Below are positions 12,531 through 23,405 of a DNA stretch of 64,000 bases, piece by piece. The notes below the pieces were generated by a model. It made no database searches. It was not told where the DNA came from and saw nothing but the letters and a program-made list of their open reading frames with translations. The position numbers and the translations under genes are program-made. Every line of letters begins with the position of its first letter. The stretch's first letter is position 1. Origin of the DNA: Sminthopsis crassicaudata (taxonomy: Eukaryota); the NCBI RefSeq assembly GCF_048593235.1, contig NC_133622.1, positions 54,312,001-54,376,000 of the forward strand. Reading direction: 5' to 3'.

Positions 12531-12959
12531 GCTCATATGACCTGGATATCATGGAGGGCAGGGAAAATGGAAGAATTTAAGTTCTATTCCCCTAAAATGC
12601 ATCTCAGGTGTTAGCACATCCTGGTTTTGAAAAGATCTAGATTTATGGGCTTCTGTGTGATCTCTGCCAGGCACTCACAATTATTAGAGATGCAGGTGCC
12701 AAAGCTGCCTTTAGATAATATGATGAGATGTAATAGAAAGAATCTCCTGGAAAGACCTGGAAGAGAAGTTCTAATCCCAGTTTTGCTGTCACATCAGGAT
12801 GGAAATAAATAAATCATTCCTGAATCTTTAGCTTCTTTATCTGAAAAATGAGACATTGGACCAGCTAATTCTTAGCATTCTATGAGTTTGAATGTTCTGT
12901 AATATTAGGATCTCAAAGCACTTAAATGGCTTTTTTAAAGAAAGAATTTTATGGAACAG

Positions 12960-13345
12960 TTAGACTACACACCTATAATCCACTTCCAGCAGCCTCCTCA
13001 TTGTTCCTTGTACAAACACTCAATCTCCAGACTCTGAACATTTTCAGTGACTGTCCTTCATGCCTGAAATGTTCTCCTTCCTCACTTCTCTCTCCTCACT
13101 CCCTTCAAGTCTCAACTAAAAGTCCATCTTCTTCAAGAAGCCTTTCCCTGACTTCCTTAATATTAGCATCTTCAGTTTATTCATATATATATTTTATTCA
13201 TATATAATCATTTGCATGTTATCTCTCCCACTAAACCATTCTTAAAAACAATGACCATTTCTTAAAACTTTCTTTGTATCCCCAGTCCTTTGGAACAGTG
13301 CATGGTGCTGTAAATACTTAATAAATGCTATTGTCTGACTGATAC
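12960..13345 (+). mobile_element. L2 3' region
   Basis: ccttcaagtctcaactaaaagtccatcttcttcaagaagcctttccctgac...tttgtatccccag...cttaataaatgc. Confidence 0.85.
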
Positions 13346-13953
13346 TTCATTGGGACTCAGGGGGTTTCAAGCTGGAAGATCACAGAGTCCTAGATCTTTC
13401 ATTTGGCAGATTAGAAAATGAAGAAGGGTTTGGGGGTGACTTTTAAGATCACACAGTTTATAAGGACAGGTTTGAATGGGGTTTTTCATCTGAAGAACTC
13501 AAACTCAGGTTCTCTGAAAATCTTGCAATCTTTCCCACAATGCCCACACATTCTAAGATCTCTTGAGCCTTAAAGCACCTAAGTGAAAAAAAAAAAAAAA
13601 GAAAAATGAATTCTACAGAGATGCCCACACATTCGAGACTACACATATTATTCACAGCCAAGCTGGATTCAGTCCTCTTGCAAACATAGAACACCACCAC
13701 TACATCATATTTTCATTGTCCAAAATTTTTTTGGCATCCTGCCCCTTTCTGGACACCCTTATGGTTTCATTAATATGGACCCTCTATTAGTCTAGTAAGA
13801 AAGTAGCCAAATTCTCAAATATAATCTGTGTTCTTGGTGGTGATGTGGGCAGAGATACAACTAGTGTGAGAATCTGATTCTTTGGCTTTGCTCAGACTGT
13901 CCCATGTGCCCAAGGAGGAATGGGCTCCCTGCTTCCTCTCTGTTAGGCTAGAG

Positions 13954-14123
13954 CAGTGCTTTTCAAAGTGTGGTCTGGGTAACAGGGAGCTACAGATTCA
14001 AAATTAGTTTTTTATTTCTAATATAGTAAATATCTAGAAAAATAATCCACATAATTTGGACAGATCTCCAATGATTTTTAAGAGTATAAAGGAATATTGA
14101 AAACAAAAGTTTGAGGACCACTG
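13954..14123. mobile_element. hAT-Charlie (MER5-like) MITE
   Basis: TIRs cagtgcttttcaaa / tttgaggaccactg; perfect 8-bp TSD GGCTAGAG at 13946-53 and 14124-31. Confidence 0.85.
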
Positions 14124-14371
14124 GGCTAGAGAGTCCCTTCAAAATATAGCTCGTGGGGCTTCTGCCATGGGAAACCTTTTCTCATTCCTGAGGTTATTCA
14201 AACTCTCTCCTTATTTAATGTTTCATAAGAGGCATTGTGGTATATTGGAGAGTGAGCTGGACTAGGACACTATTTCTGTGACGCTGGCCACATCTTACTT
14301 TCTCTCTGAGTTTCCTCATCTCTGAAGTGAGGGAGTCATACTCAATGATCTTTGACTATCCATCTATTATC

Positions 14372-14507
14372 TTTTTTCCCCCTGAGGCAATTGGGGTTAA
14401 GTGACTTGCCCAGGGTCACACAGTTAGGAAGTTTGAGATCAGATTTGAACTCAGATCCTTCTGATTTCAGGGCTGATCCGCTATCCACTGCACCATCCAG
14501 CTGCCCC
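14372..14507 (-). mobile_element. WSINE1-type SINE
   Basis: tgaggcaattggggttaagtgacttgcccagggtcacacag...gatttgaactcag...ctgcccc; 13-bp TSD TCCATCTATTATC at 14359-71 and 14513-25. Confidence 0.9.
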
Positions 14508-14729
14508 ATATGTCCATCTATTATCATATGTATGCATGTATCTCCACAGTGAAATGTAAGCTCCTGGTGGTCAGAGGTTATTTTTTATTTATTTTGTCCT
14601 TGTATCTCCTATACCTAGCACCTGCTAGGTACATAGTAGCTGCCTAATAGATGTGTAGTTATTTTGTATGACACATAATAATTGACTGATTGTCAAATTA
14701 GATCAGACTGATGTATGGGGCTTTGCCCC

Positions 14730-15800
14730 AGGGCACAAATATGGCGGCATGCTTCCTTCCCATGTCCTATTGCCTTGTGACCGTGACTCCCACCTCTAGG
14801 GCCCCATCACCCTCCGGGACCCTCATCTCTCTCTACTCCTCCCTTCCACCCTCTGGAGACAGGTAACAGTCTTCCTGGGCCATGGACAGCTCCCTCTCCC
14901 AGCATCACTACCCAGGCCCCTGCCCACCCAGCAGCCACCCCCACCCGAAGCTGCCTCAGGTGAGAGCTGGAAGTGTGCGTTACATAAGCGTGCACCTTCC
15001 CCTCAGCTGCTTTCCTTGTAAATCACCTGGTTTGGCCCTAGTCTCCGTGGCCCTGCTGGTGTTTATTACAGCTGGTCTTTCTTTCCCCTCAGTATGTCTC
15101 CGCTTAGCTGGTGTGTATTTGCTCAGCAGGCGATTTCTCTGAAGTGACCTCGGCAGCCCTGGAGATTGATGGCGGCTGGTACTTTCATTATGTCTCAGTG
15201 CTGCCTCGTGAGCTCACTGCATCTGTCAGAGGGAGAACAGAATCCTTCCCAGAATAAGCCTCCAGTCTTCTCTTTGAACATATGTTCTTGATTACACGAG
15301 AAGAGGAAAGTCTCTTCGTTTTTCCCCATTTGGAGGTTAAAGTGGAGGGTTTGTCTAAAAACAGATTGCAGTAAATTGTGGGTTTATTTGAACAGTATGT
15401 CAACATTATTTACTTGGGTGGGGGGGAGAATTCTCAAATTGATAGGTTTCTTTTAATTACCTCATCCTGAAAGCTGCTTTCAACAAACAGCAAATATTTC
15501 AGAAGCCATTTAGATAAGTCTGGAAATGCTGAATTACTGGAAACCCGCCGAGAATAATACCTTTGAAAATGTTTCCCTAGTTCTGAATAGAAGAAACCTT
15601 GGTTCAGAAATAGCTTGTCTTGAACTAAATGGAGTAGTGCCTTCTGTAATCCAACTGGCCTCCTGGCTTCCCTCTCAGCAAGGCCTGGGAGAGCCGAGGG
15701 ATGGGACTGAGGGCTGACTATCACCTCGGAGAAAGGGGACTCGGGGGCCAGGGCTACAGTCACAGCACAACGGTGTCTTTGGGTCTCACTGTAAAATTCA
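14730..15800. promoter_or_regulatory. CpG-retaining GC-rich promoter/enhancer candidate
   Basis: About 20 CpGs in ~1.1 kb; YY1-type AATATGGCGGC (14738-48) and ATGGCGGC (15169-76); several CAGCTG/CACCTG E-boxes; no TE signature. Confidence 0.55.
14882..14959 (+). CDS. Candidate first coding exon MDSSLSQHHYPGPCPPSSHPHPKLPQ (unidentified)
   Basis: Strong Kozak GGGCCATGG, 26 open codons, phase-0 donor CAG|GTGAGA, inside the CpG-rich block; no homolog recognised. Confidence 0.3.
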
Positions 15801-16578
15801 CTGCCTCCTGTCTAGGGGTCTGCCCATAAAATCCAAGAGAAAGGCGCTTCAATAAGCTGGAAAATTGGGGGAAGCCAAAGAATGAATCTATATTATTCGA
15901 GACAAGATATATCTAGTTGATAAATGAACTAAGCCTAACCCCACTTAAATTAAATATATCCTGGAATCATACATTTTAGAACTTTCAGGAAATTTAGGGG
16001 TGATCAAGCACAAACAATTCTTTTTATAATTGAGGAAAGTGAAGTTCAAAGAGATTAATGACTTCCTCAGTTCTCATAACAATTTGCCTGGAACAAGATT
16101 TGAACTCAGTACTTCTTGCCACCAAACTTTCCAGTCAGCTGCCACCTTCTCTTAAATTCTTTCTAAATCTCCTTCAGTCATTCTCACTCTCTCTCCTCAA
16201 AATTACTTTGCATATATTTTGCATTAGTTTTTTCAGTGTTTATTTTGTATCCTATAATAGAATAAAAAATCCTTAAAAATGTGACAATTTCATTGGTTTC
16301 TTTACATCCCCTCCTTAGAACCTAGCCCAGTACTCTGCACACAGTAGGCACTCAAATGGCTCTAAAATGTAATTAACTCACAATTTGATAGCATTGTACA
16401 ATCACAGACATATTATATATTTTATTTCTTTTGATCTTCATCGTGAAGTGGTACCCATTTTAAAGATGAGAAAATGGGACTCAGATAATAAGTAGTAAAA
16501 GCAGAATTCTAACCTAGGTCTTCTAACTTTGATTTTCTTAACTTAATCTAAGTAAAAGAGATTATCTTTCAAGTAGAA

Positions 16579-16804
16579 CAGGGGTCCTCAAAGTGTGGTC
16601 CAGGGACCTGAGGACTCCCTGACATGCTTTCAGTGATTCTATGAGGTTAAAATTATTTTCATTATAATATGAAGATGGTTTAATTTGTAATGTGATAACA
16701 ATGGATAGCTATAACCCACATGAACAAAAACTGGGGGAAGGTATCCTTAATACATTTTTTTAAATGTAAGGAAATTCTGAGAATGAAAAGCTTGAGAACC
16801 ACTG
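16579..16804. mobile_element. hAT-Charlie MITE, same family as 13954-14123
   Basis: caggggtcctcaaagtgtggtcc ... cttgagaaccactg; TSD decayed. Confidence 0.75.
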
Positions 16805-17559
16805 GTATAGGGCCATCTATAGGATATTGAATTGGAGCAAGTGGTCTGGGTCTTAGGTTTGGGGGATTTCCACCTTATTGTAGGAACTAAGATTAATTTG
16901 GGAGTTACCTGGGAAAGGGAAAGGGAGATGAGAGAGCAAGAAAGGACTTTAGAAGTCATATAGACCTACTCTCTCATTTTTTATAGGCAAAATGATTGAC
17001 TGGGCTCAGAGCACTTTCTAATCCAAATAAGAAGACTGTGATATTAAGGAGCACTTAATTCAGAGGATGTGAGTCCAAATTTCACTTCTGTGTGATTTCA
17101 GGCAGTCATGAACTAGTCTAGGCTGATCTGAAAAGTAAGGAGGTCAATGAGCCTCTTGCTCAAATTCACAAAACTAATTAATGGATTTGAACTCCGGATC
17201 TTTAGCACCAAATTCAGCTCTTTCTTCTATACTACTTTGTCTGAAGCAGTGTTATATCTAAAAATATATCTATTATATTCTATCTAAATATCTAAAAATA
17301 TCTAAAAAATGAGCAACCAGCCCTTCCATACGTATGCCCCATACTTACTAGTCTTTTTTTGTGTGACTTTTTTTTCCTTCTATTTTACATGATGTTCATT
17401 ATAAACCCCTTATTTCTTAAAGTACTAGGGGAGAAAAGAGAGAAGGAGCCCGAATAATGTGATTTGCATCAGGACTTAAGTCCCAGTAAAAACCTGGTCA
17501 GTTTAAAGGTACCACCTTTATATGGACCCAACAAGATGAAGAATGTTACTTTCAAGAAT

Positions 17560-18130
17560 ATTTTAGTATATACCAATGAACAATTCCACTAGCACATAAT
17601 GAATATCCACTCACGTGCTGGGTTCTGGGAGTACCAAGGTAAAAAAACACAATAGCTTTTGCCTTCAAAGAGTTTAAAATAAGGAAAGATAGTGTTTGGG
17701 TTTTATCTTGGTATCTCTAGTGTTTTGCACAGAGTATGCTCTTAAATTGTAGACTTATTGAATGAATGAACCAACGAATCAATGAATTCTACTGGGAAGC
17801 AGGAGTTACAAATGAATGCAAATAAGTATAATAAAATTAAAGAAGAAAAAATTCTTTAAAAACTGAAGGGATCATGGGAAGCTTTACAGATAAAGCCTCT
17901 GAGTGAGTCTAAAATTCTGAAAGGCACCCAGGCATGAGTGACAGCTTGCATAGATGTATAGGAGAGGGAGATAATGTCAAATTTAAAGAATGAAAGGCAA
18001 GCCAGAAGAACAGACATATAGATTTCATAAAGAAGGAAATATCTAGACAGATAGATAGAAGCTAGATTGTAGAGAACCTTGAATTTCAGCCTAAGGAGTT
18101 CAGTCTATATATTTCCTATGGGAAAAGAAG
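17560..18130 (-). mobile_element. L2 fragment
   Basis: tgctgggttctgggagtac...gccttcaaagagttta...gaaccttgaatttcagcctaaggagtt. Confidence 0.65.
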
Positions 18131-18451
18131 AATAGAAGGCCCTTAAATAGGCAAAAAAAAAAAAAAAAAAAAAAAGCCACGATGACATGCCCACCTCCAA
18201 CATTTACTATGTGTATAACTTAGGCAAATGACACTTCCTTGGATCCCTCTTTCCTCATCTGTCAAATAAAGGGGATTTGAGTAAATGTCACCTGAGGTAC
18301 CTTCTATCTCACAATATACGACCCTATATGATCAGGCTCAAGTTTTACGACAATTTTGGCAGGTTGTGGTAGATAGATTGGAAGAGGAAGAGGCTAGAAG
18401 GAGGGAGACAAGTTTGGAGCTGATTACAATAGGGCAGGTAATGCAAAGACT

Positions 18452-18930
18452 TCCAGGAACTAATGCTGAATAAAGTGAGCAGAACCAGGACAACACCATA
18501 CACAGTTACAGCAAGATTGTGTGATGATCCACTATGATAGACTTAACTCTTCTCAGCGAAGAGTGTCCCAAGATAATTCCAAAAGACTTGGAATGGAAAA
18601 TGCCATTCACAGCCAGAGAGAGAACTACGGAGACTGAGTGCAGATTGAAGCATTCTATTTTCACCTTTTTTGTTTGTTTGCTTGCTTTTTCTTTCTCACA
18701 GTTTTTCCCCTTTTGTTCTGATTTTTCTTGCATATCATGACTACCATGCAAATATGTTTAAATTTATTTTAGATGTATAACCTTTATCAAATTGCTTGCT
18801 GTCTTGGAGGAAGGGAGGAAGAAAAAAATTGGAACTCAAAAATCTTACAAAATTGAATGTTGAAAACTATCTTTACATGTAATTGGAAAAAATAAAATAG
18901 AATAAAATGAAAAAATAATGCCAAAAAAAA
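18452..18930 (+). mobile_element. L1 3' end
   Basis: ctaatgctgaataaagtgagcagaaccagga...ggaactcaaaaatcttacaaaattgaatgttgaaaactatctttacatgtaattggaaaaaataaaat. Confidence 0.9.
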
Positions 18931-19584
18931 TCCTACGAGGACAGATGAGGTCTTATTAAGATCACTTATTAAGTGATGAACCTGGGATTAAATGGAAGTA
19001 GAAGGCTACTCATTGGATAGCAATTCCCTGAATGCCCCTGTAATATTTGCAGAGCCCAGAAGCACTGGAGCATCATTCTCAGGAAAAACAAATCATCCCA
19101 CTGCCCCCACATGACCCAGATGTGCTTCACAAGTGGTTAGCTCAGCCAGGTGCCAGTGACTTCTCCATTTTATTTTCTGGCCTGACTCTCATCAGCCAAT
19201 CTTGTTCAGGGAAGGGAATAAGGTCTCTGCTCTTCAGGGACTTCAGAGGGAAGTCCATCTGATTGACATTAAATTCATGTGCCCAAAGGAGTAGCCTGAA
19301 TTGGATTTACTCTCTTAACATTCAATCTGAAACACTTTTTGTCAAATGAAATACTGCCTGGAACATATGCCCATTGACACATTGACCTTTAGTCACAGTA
19401 CCAGCAGGTTGCAGAAAACAGAGAAATGCTATCCAGTGGAGACAAACCTAGCACAGCTCCATTATCAATAAATGGACTAGGTAGAGAGGTTTAGACCAGA
19501 ATTGAGAAAACTCTTTGAATAATTCATGTAAAATAACTGATATTTCCTGAGAAATTGTGTGTTTTTAATACAGATATCTGTGTC

Positions 19585-19765
19585 TACCTTCCTCTGACAT
19601 TCACTGGCTCTGTGACCTTGAACAAGTCATTTAACCTCTCAGTATCCTATGCAATTCTATAAAACTATAAGATGCAGAAAAGAGCTCGACTGGCATTGGT
19701 AGAGTTGGTCTTTTTACCTGGAGGTCCCTTATGATACTGATGAAATCACAGATATAGTCCCATCC
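19585..19765 (+). mobile_element. Marsupial MIR3-type SINE
   Basis: ctgtgaccttgaacaagtcatttaacctctcagt...aaactataagatgcagaaaag...gcattggtagag...tgatgaaatcacag. Confidence 0.7.
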
Positions 19766-20239
19766 CCTATCCTAATACAATAGACATTTACATAGCACTC
19801 TCAGGTTTGCAAAGACTTTTACATTCATTATCTCATTTGAATAACTCTGTGAAGGTTATTGTGAAAAAACTTGCAAGAATTATTTTGCTCATTTTACAAA
19901 TGAAAAAACTACTTCTGAAGCCACGAAGGAGGAGAGGAACTTCTATGGAAAAGATCCCCGTTATTCTTGTCATCACCATCACTAACCATTAATCAATGAC
20001 CATTGACAGCAAGGTAAGTCCAAGAGCCTGGGAATAGCAGTACCTCTTCCTAAGACGTCCTTGACCATCATTATGTTGGGGTCACTCCAGGATCATGAAT
20101 GGGCCCAGGAGCCCTGGGAAGAGCAATACCTTTCAGATCAATTGGCCCTGCTTCCCGTCCAGTCCAGGCAAAGAATCAACTCTTATGGAAATTTAGTCTG
20201 GAAACCGCCTTTACAGATGCTGTAGTCCCCACACCTACT

Positions 20240-20350
20240 GAAGACTCAGAAAAGAAAGTTTTCACTATCAAAGACCTTGGCATTATAAAGCAATTCAATG
20301 TCACAAATGGATATCGTTTTATTAATAGAAATAACATTAAAGATGCCATC
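20240..20350 (+). pseudogene. YBX3: Decayed processed Y-box (cold-shock domain) pseudogene fragment, YBX3/YBX1-like
   Basis: EDSEKKVFTIKDLGIIKQFNVTNGYRFINRNNIK vs YBX3 [34 protein letters not shown]; intronless across the equivalent of exons 1-3; RNP1 W and G substituted; YBX3 preferred over YBX1 from EDxEKK, not certain. Confidence 0.8.
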
Positions 20351-20399
20351 TGCTTTGTCATTGTATCCTAAGGACTGTGGGGCCTTTCCATCTGACTTG

Positions 20400-20590
20400 C
20401 AACTGGATTTTCCCATATGTGTCATCTCCTGCACTAGAATTTGAGTTGCTTGATAGCAAGTTCTATCCTGATTTTTTATTTCTACTGCTTATTACTTCAT
20501 AAATGCTTAATAAATAGCACTTATTATTTAATAAATGTATTCCCAGTAATTATTTAGGGTGTTTTTTCACTTATTCATTCTTTCATTAAC
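20400..20590 (+). mobile_element. L2 3' end fragment
   Basis: cactagaatttgagttgcttga...atgcttaataaat...ttcattctttcatt tail. Confidence 0.6.
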
Positions 20591-21788
20591 TTGTGGAAAT
20601 GGAGTGACCTTGGTCAATCTTGATGTGTGATTGCAAGTAAGGTCACTTGACTTGAAGTACAGCACTACCAGGATGTCACCAGTTCCTAGTGCCCCCATTA
20701 ATTAACATTTACTTGTCATATATTTTGTATGTCATGACAATTCCCTAAGACTCTAAATTGCTGAGCAGGTGACAATCTTCATTGAAAGAGGGAGTTTCCT
20801 TTTCAGAAATTCTCTATGCCAGTGAAATAGCAGGTCCCGTACCAAAAAAAACAAGTATATTTACTTCTTTTTGTACATGATTTACCCTCAGTGGAATGTA
20901 AGTTCTTAGAAAGTAGAGACCATTTCAGTGTTTATAGCTTGAGGGCAACAATAAACATATAAAACAATTAATACTTCCTGAGTGAATGAATGAACAAACT
21001 CCCATTACACTGGGGATACTTTCCTAATTTGTTCATTTAATTTCCAATTTTTAGGTACATAAGCTTTTCCTAGGTGTTGTTGCTTAATGGTCATAAATAA
21101 TGTTCAAGAGAGCAATGTTGAAGTTTGGTTTTCCAGGTAATTAGAATGGGTAGAATTTTCTTTTTTGAAGATATGGCAGAAAAAGAGAGAAAAGGGCACT
21201 TACATCTCCTGAAAGAGAGGCAGTTGAAATGGAGGGGGGGTGGGGGGTGGGAAATGGGAGCTCAGGATTTAAAGTTATTTGTAATCCCAGGCTCTCCACA
21301 GATGACTTCTGCAGTCAAGGGCTTGTGTTTACCTATCCTGATACAAGGGGAAAGTGTTTTGCTGTAAGCCTAGGATCAACTGGGAAGCTACTACTTTAAA
21401 ATACATCTTACTTCCTTTCCTTTTCTCCTAAGAATTCTACCAAGGGAAGCAAACTTTGTTCAGATTTACCCCCAGACCAACCTGCAAAGTGACTTTTTTT
21501 TTTTTTTTTCAGGACTAGCATTATACTTTGCAGTGATCCACAAAGACAGTGATACTGATCTCATAGTTAGGACTTTTGGTTGTATGGCTTGAGTGCTGCA
21601 AAGCTTACAGTAAGTGCAATAACTGTATTAATTATCCAGTCAGGTAGGTTAATATCTAAATTGCCTACCGGCTGATGCTCTACCTGAATCAACAACACAA
21701 CCATGTAAATTAATCCCTTTCTGGTATATTCACAGGATAATAAATAAGATACATCTTTCCTAAAAAAAACTTGCAGTATCTCTACCAG

Positions 21789-21802
21789 TCACCAGAGGGT
21801 GT
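21789..21802 (+). promoter_or_regulatory. CTCF-like motif
   Basis: TCACCAGAGGGTGT vs consensus CCACCAGRGGGCGC; unique flanks. Confidence 0.3.
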
Positions 21803-23019
21803 TCATCCTGAAGACACCATCCATCATGGCAAAACATCTGCAATGTCTATGGTTCTAAAGTAGCTTTGATTAATGCTTTTTTTTTTTTTTTTTTTTTGTG
21901 AGGGTAAAATTAATTTAGAGCAGAATGTAACCAAAATATTTTTAAATATTTAATAATAATAAATAATAATTATATTACAATATAATGTGATTCCTTTGTA
22001 ATCCTTTGTGCTTTTTTTCGGCATTTAAAAACATCATTCTGGATCCAAAGACTTCGCTAGCCTGCCAAAGAGAACTATAACACAAAAATCTCTCATCTCA
22101 AGAATGAAATTGGATGTAGTTCAAAATATTAAAATATTAAATCTATTGTCCGGCCATCTCCTAGCCTTCCACCTAATTGCCCTTCTAAATCTTTGAGTCT
22201 GGCTGGGTAATTGTAACAGCATGCATTCTGGCTAATGGAAAAGAAGGGAGAAAGCATATACTACATCTCTCATGATTCTGGATTAAAAACAAAGGAAAGT
22301 GAGGAAGATGATGAGGAACTTCCAATCCAAGCTCCACAATCCAATGAGATTATATACTTAAACTCAGCAACTCTGGATCTTTTTTCCTTATAGTTCCTGG
22401 TCACCAGCACTACTCTAGGAATGGAACTGGATTTCCTCCATATAATACTAGCTTCTCTTGTTTGCCACGGGACTCATGAAGGCAAAGCTGTTGACTGTGG
22501 AATATTTAAACCCTTCTAAGAGATTTTTTGTCGTTTATTTTTTCCTTTTTAATCTTCACAAAAGTCCAAATAAAAAGGAAGTCAAGAAGCTAAAACAGGA
22601 GGGGATGTCATGAAGGTCAGATATCATCCCTTCATCCTATCGTCATGTAACTCTTGATTCAATTACAAACAAGGGCCCAATAAGAGCCTAGAGGAGGGGG
22701 AAATGGAAAATACCAAAATCTGAAACTTCTGTCTGCTAAACTAACCTCTCTGTGTGTCTCCCAAGACTTAGGAGAAAACGATAACAGACAGAAATAAAAG
22801 GGCAAAGCAAATTCTTCTCACTTATTACTATAATAATTCTGGTTTGGTATGTTCTACTTGAGACAGATTGATATAGAGGAAAGGACTCTGGAAAAGGAGA
22901 ACTGAGCTTTGACTTGCCTTTGCTACTTTTATCTGTATGACTTAAGACAAGTCATTTAACCTCTACTTGTTTGGAAAATAAAAGATCTGGACACTGATAA
23001 GCTTTTAGGAGTAAAACTG

Positions 23020-23405
23020 GAATGGTGAATGACTTTGAGGTCACGTCATATACAGGAGAGTTAAGGTGAAGAAGAGAGAGGACTTAGGGGACTTTCCCCA
23101 TGACCTTAAGAGGCTGTTAGAAGCTAGCAGAATGAGACTTGATGTTTTTGGTCCCAGAGGACAGAAGGAAGAGTGAAAGACCAGAAGAGACATGATGTCA
23201 AAATAAATAAATAAATACAGCTTATCAACAATGAAAATTTAGCCAAAATAGAATGAGCTACACCAAAATATAGCTGTTTGAAGGCTCATTAGCAGCCTTC
23301 ACATTGAGGTTAGATGATCTTCTCTTGATATGTTAGAGAAGGGATTTTTTCTCAGATGAAATGACCTCTGAAATTTCTTCCAACACTGAAATTCTGTGAT
23401 TCTGT
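23020..23405 (+). mobile_element. CR1/L3 3' fragment
   Basis: ggtcccagaggacagaa...ccttcacattgaggttagatgatc...ttccaacactgaaattctgtgattctgt. Confidence 0.75.

Noticed and set aside
16862-16871. Isolated kappa-B site GGGGATTTCC
   Set aside because: A lone 10-mer without supporting context is expected by chance in 64 kb
18285-18473. Protein-like ORF MSPEVPSISQY...DRLEEEEARRRE
   Set aside because: Built from a MIR tail, a purine-rich L2-like fragment and the start of an L1; no splice or homology support
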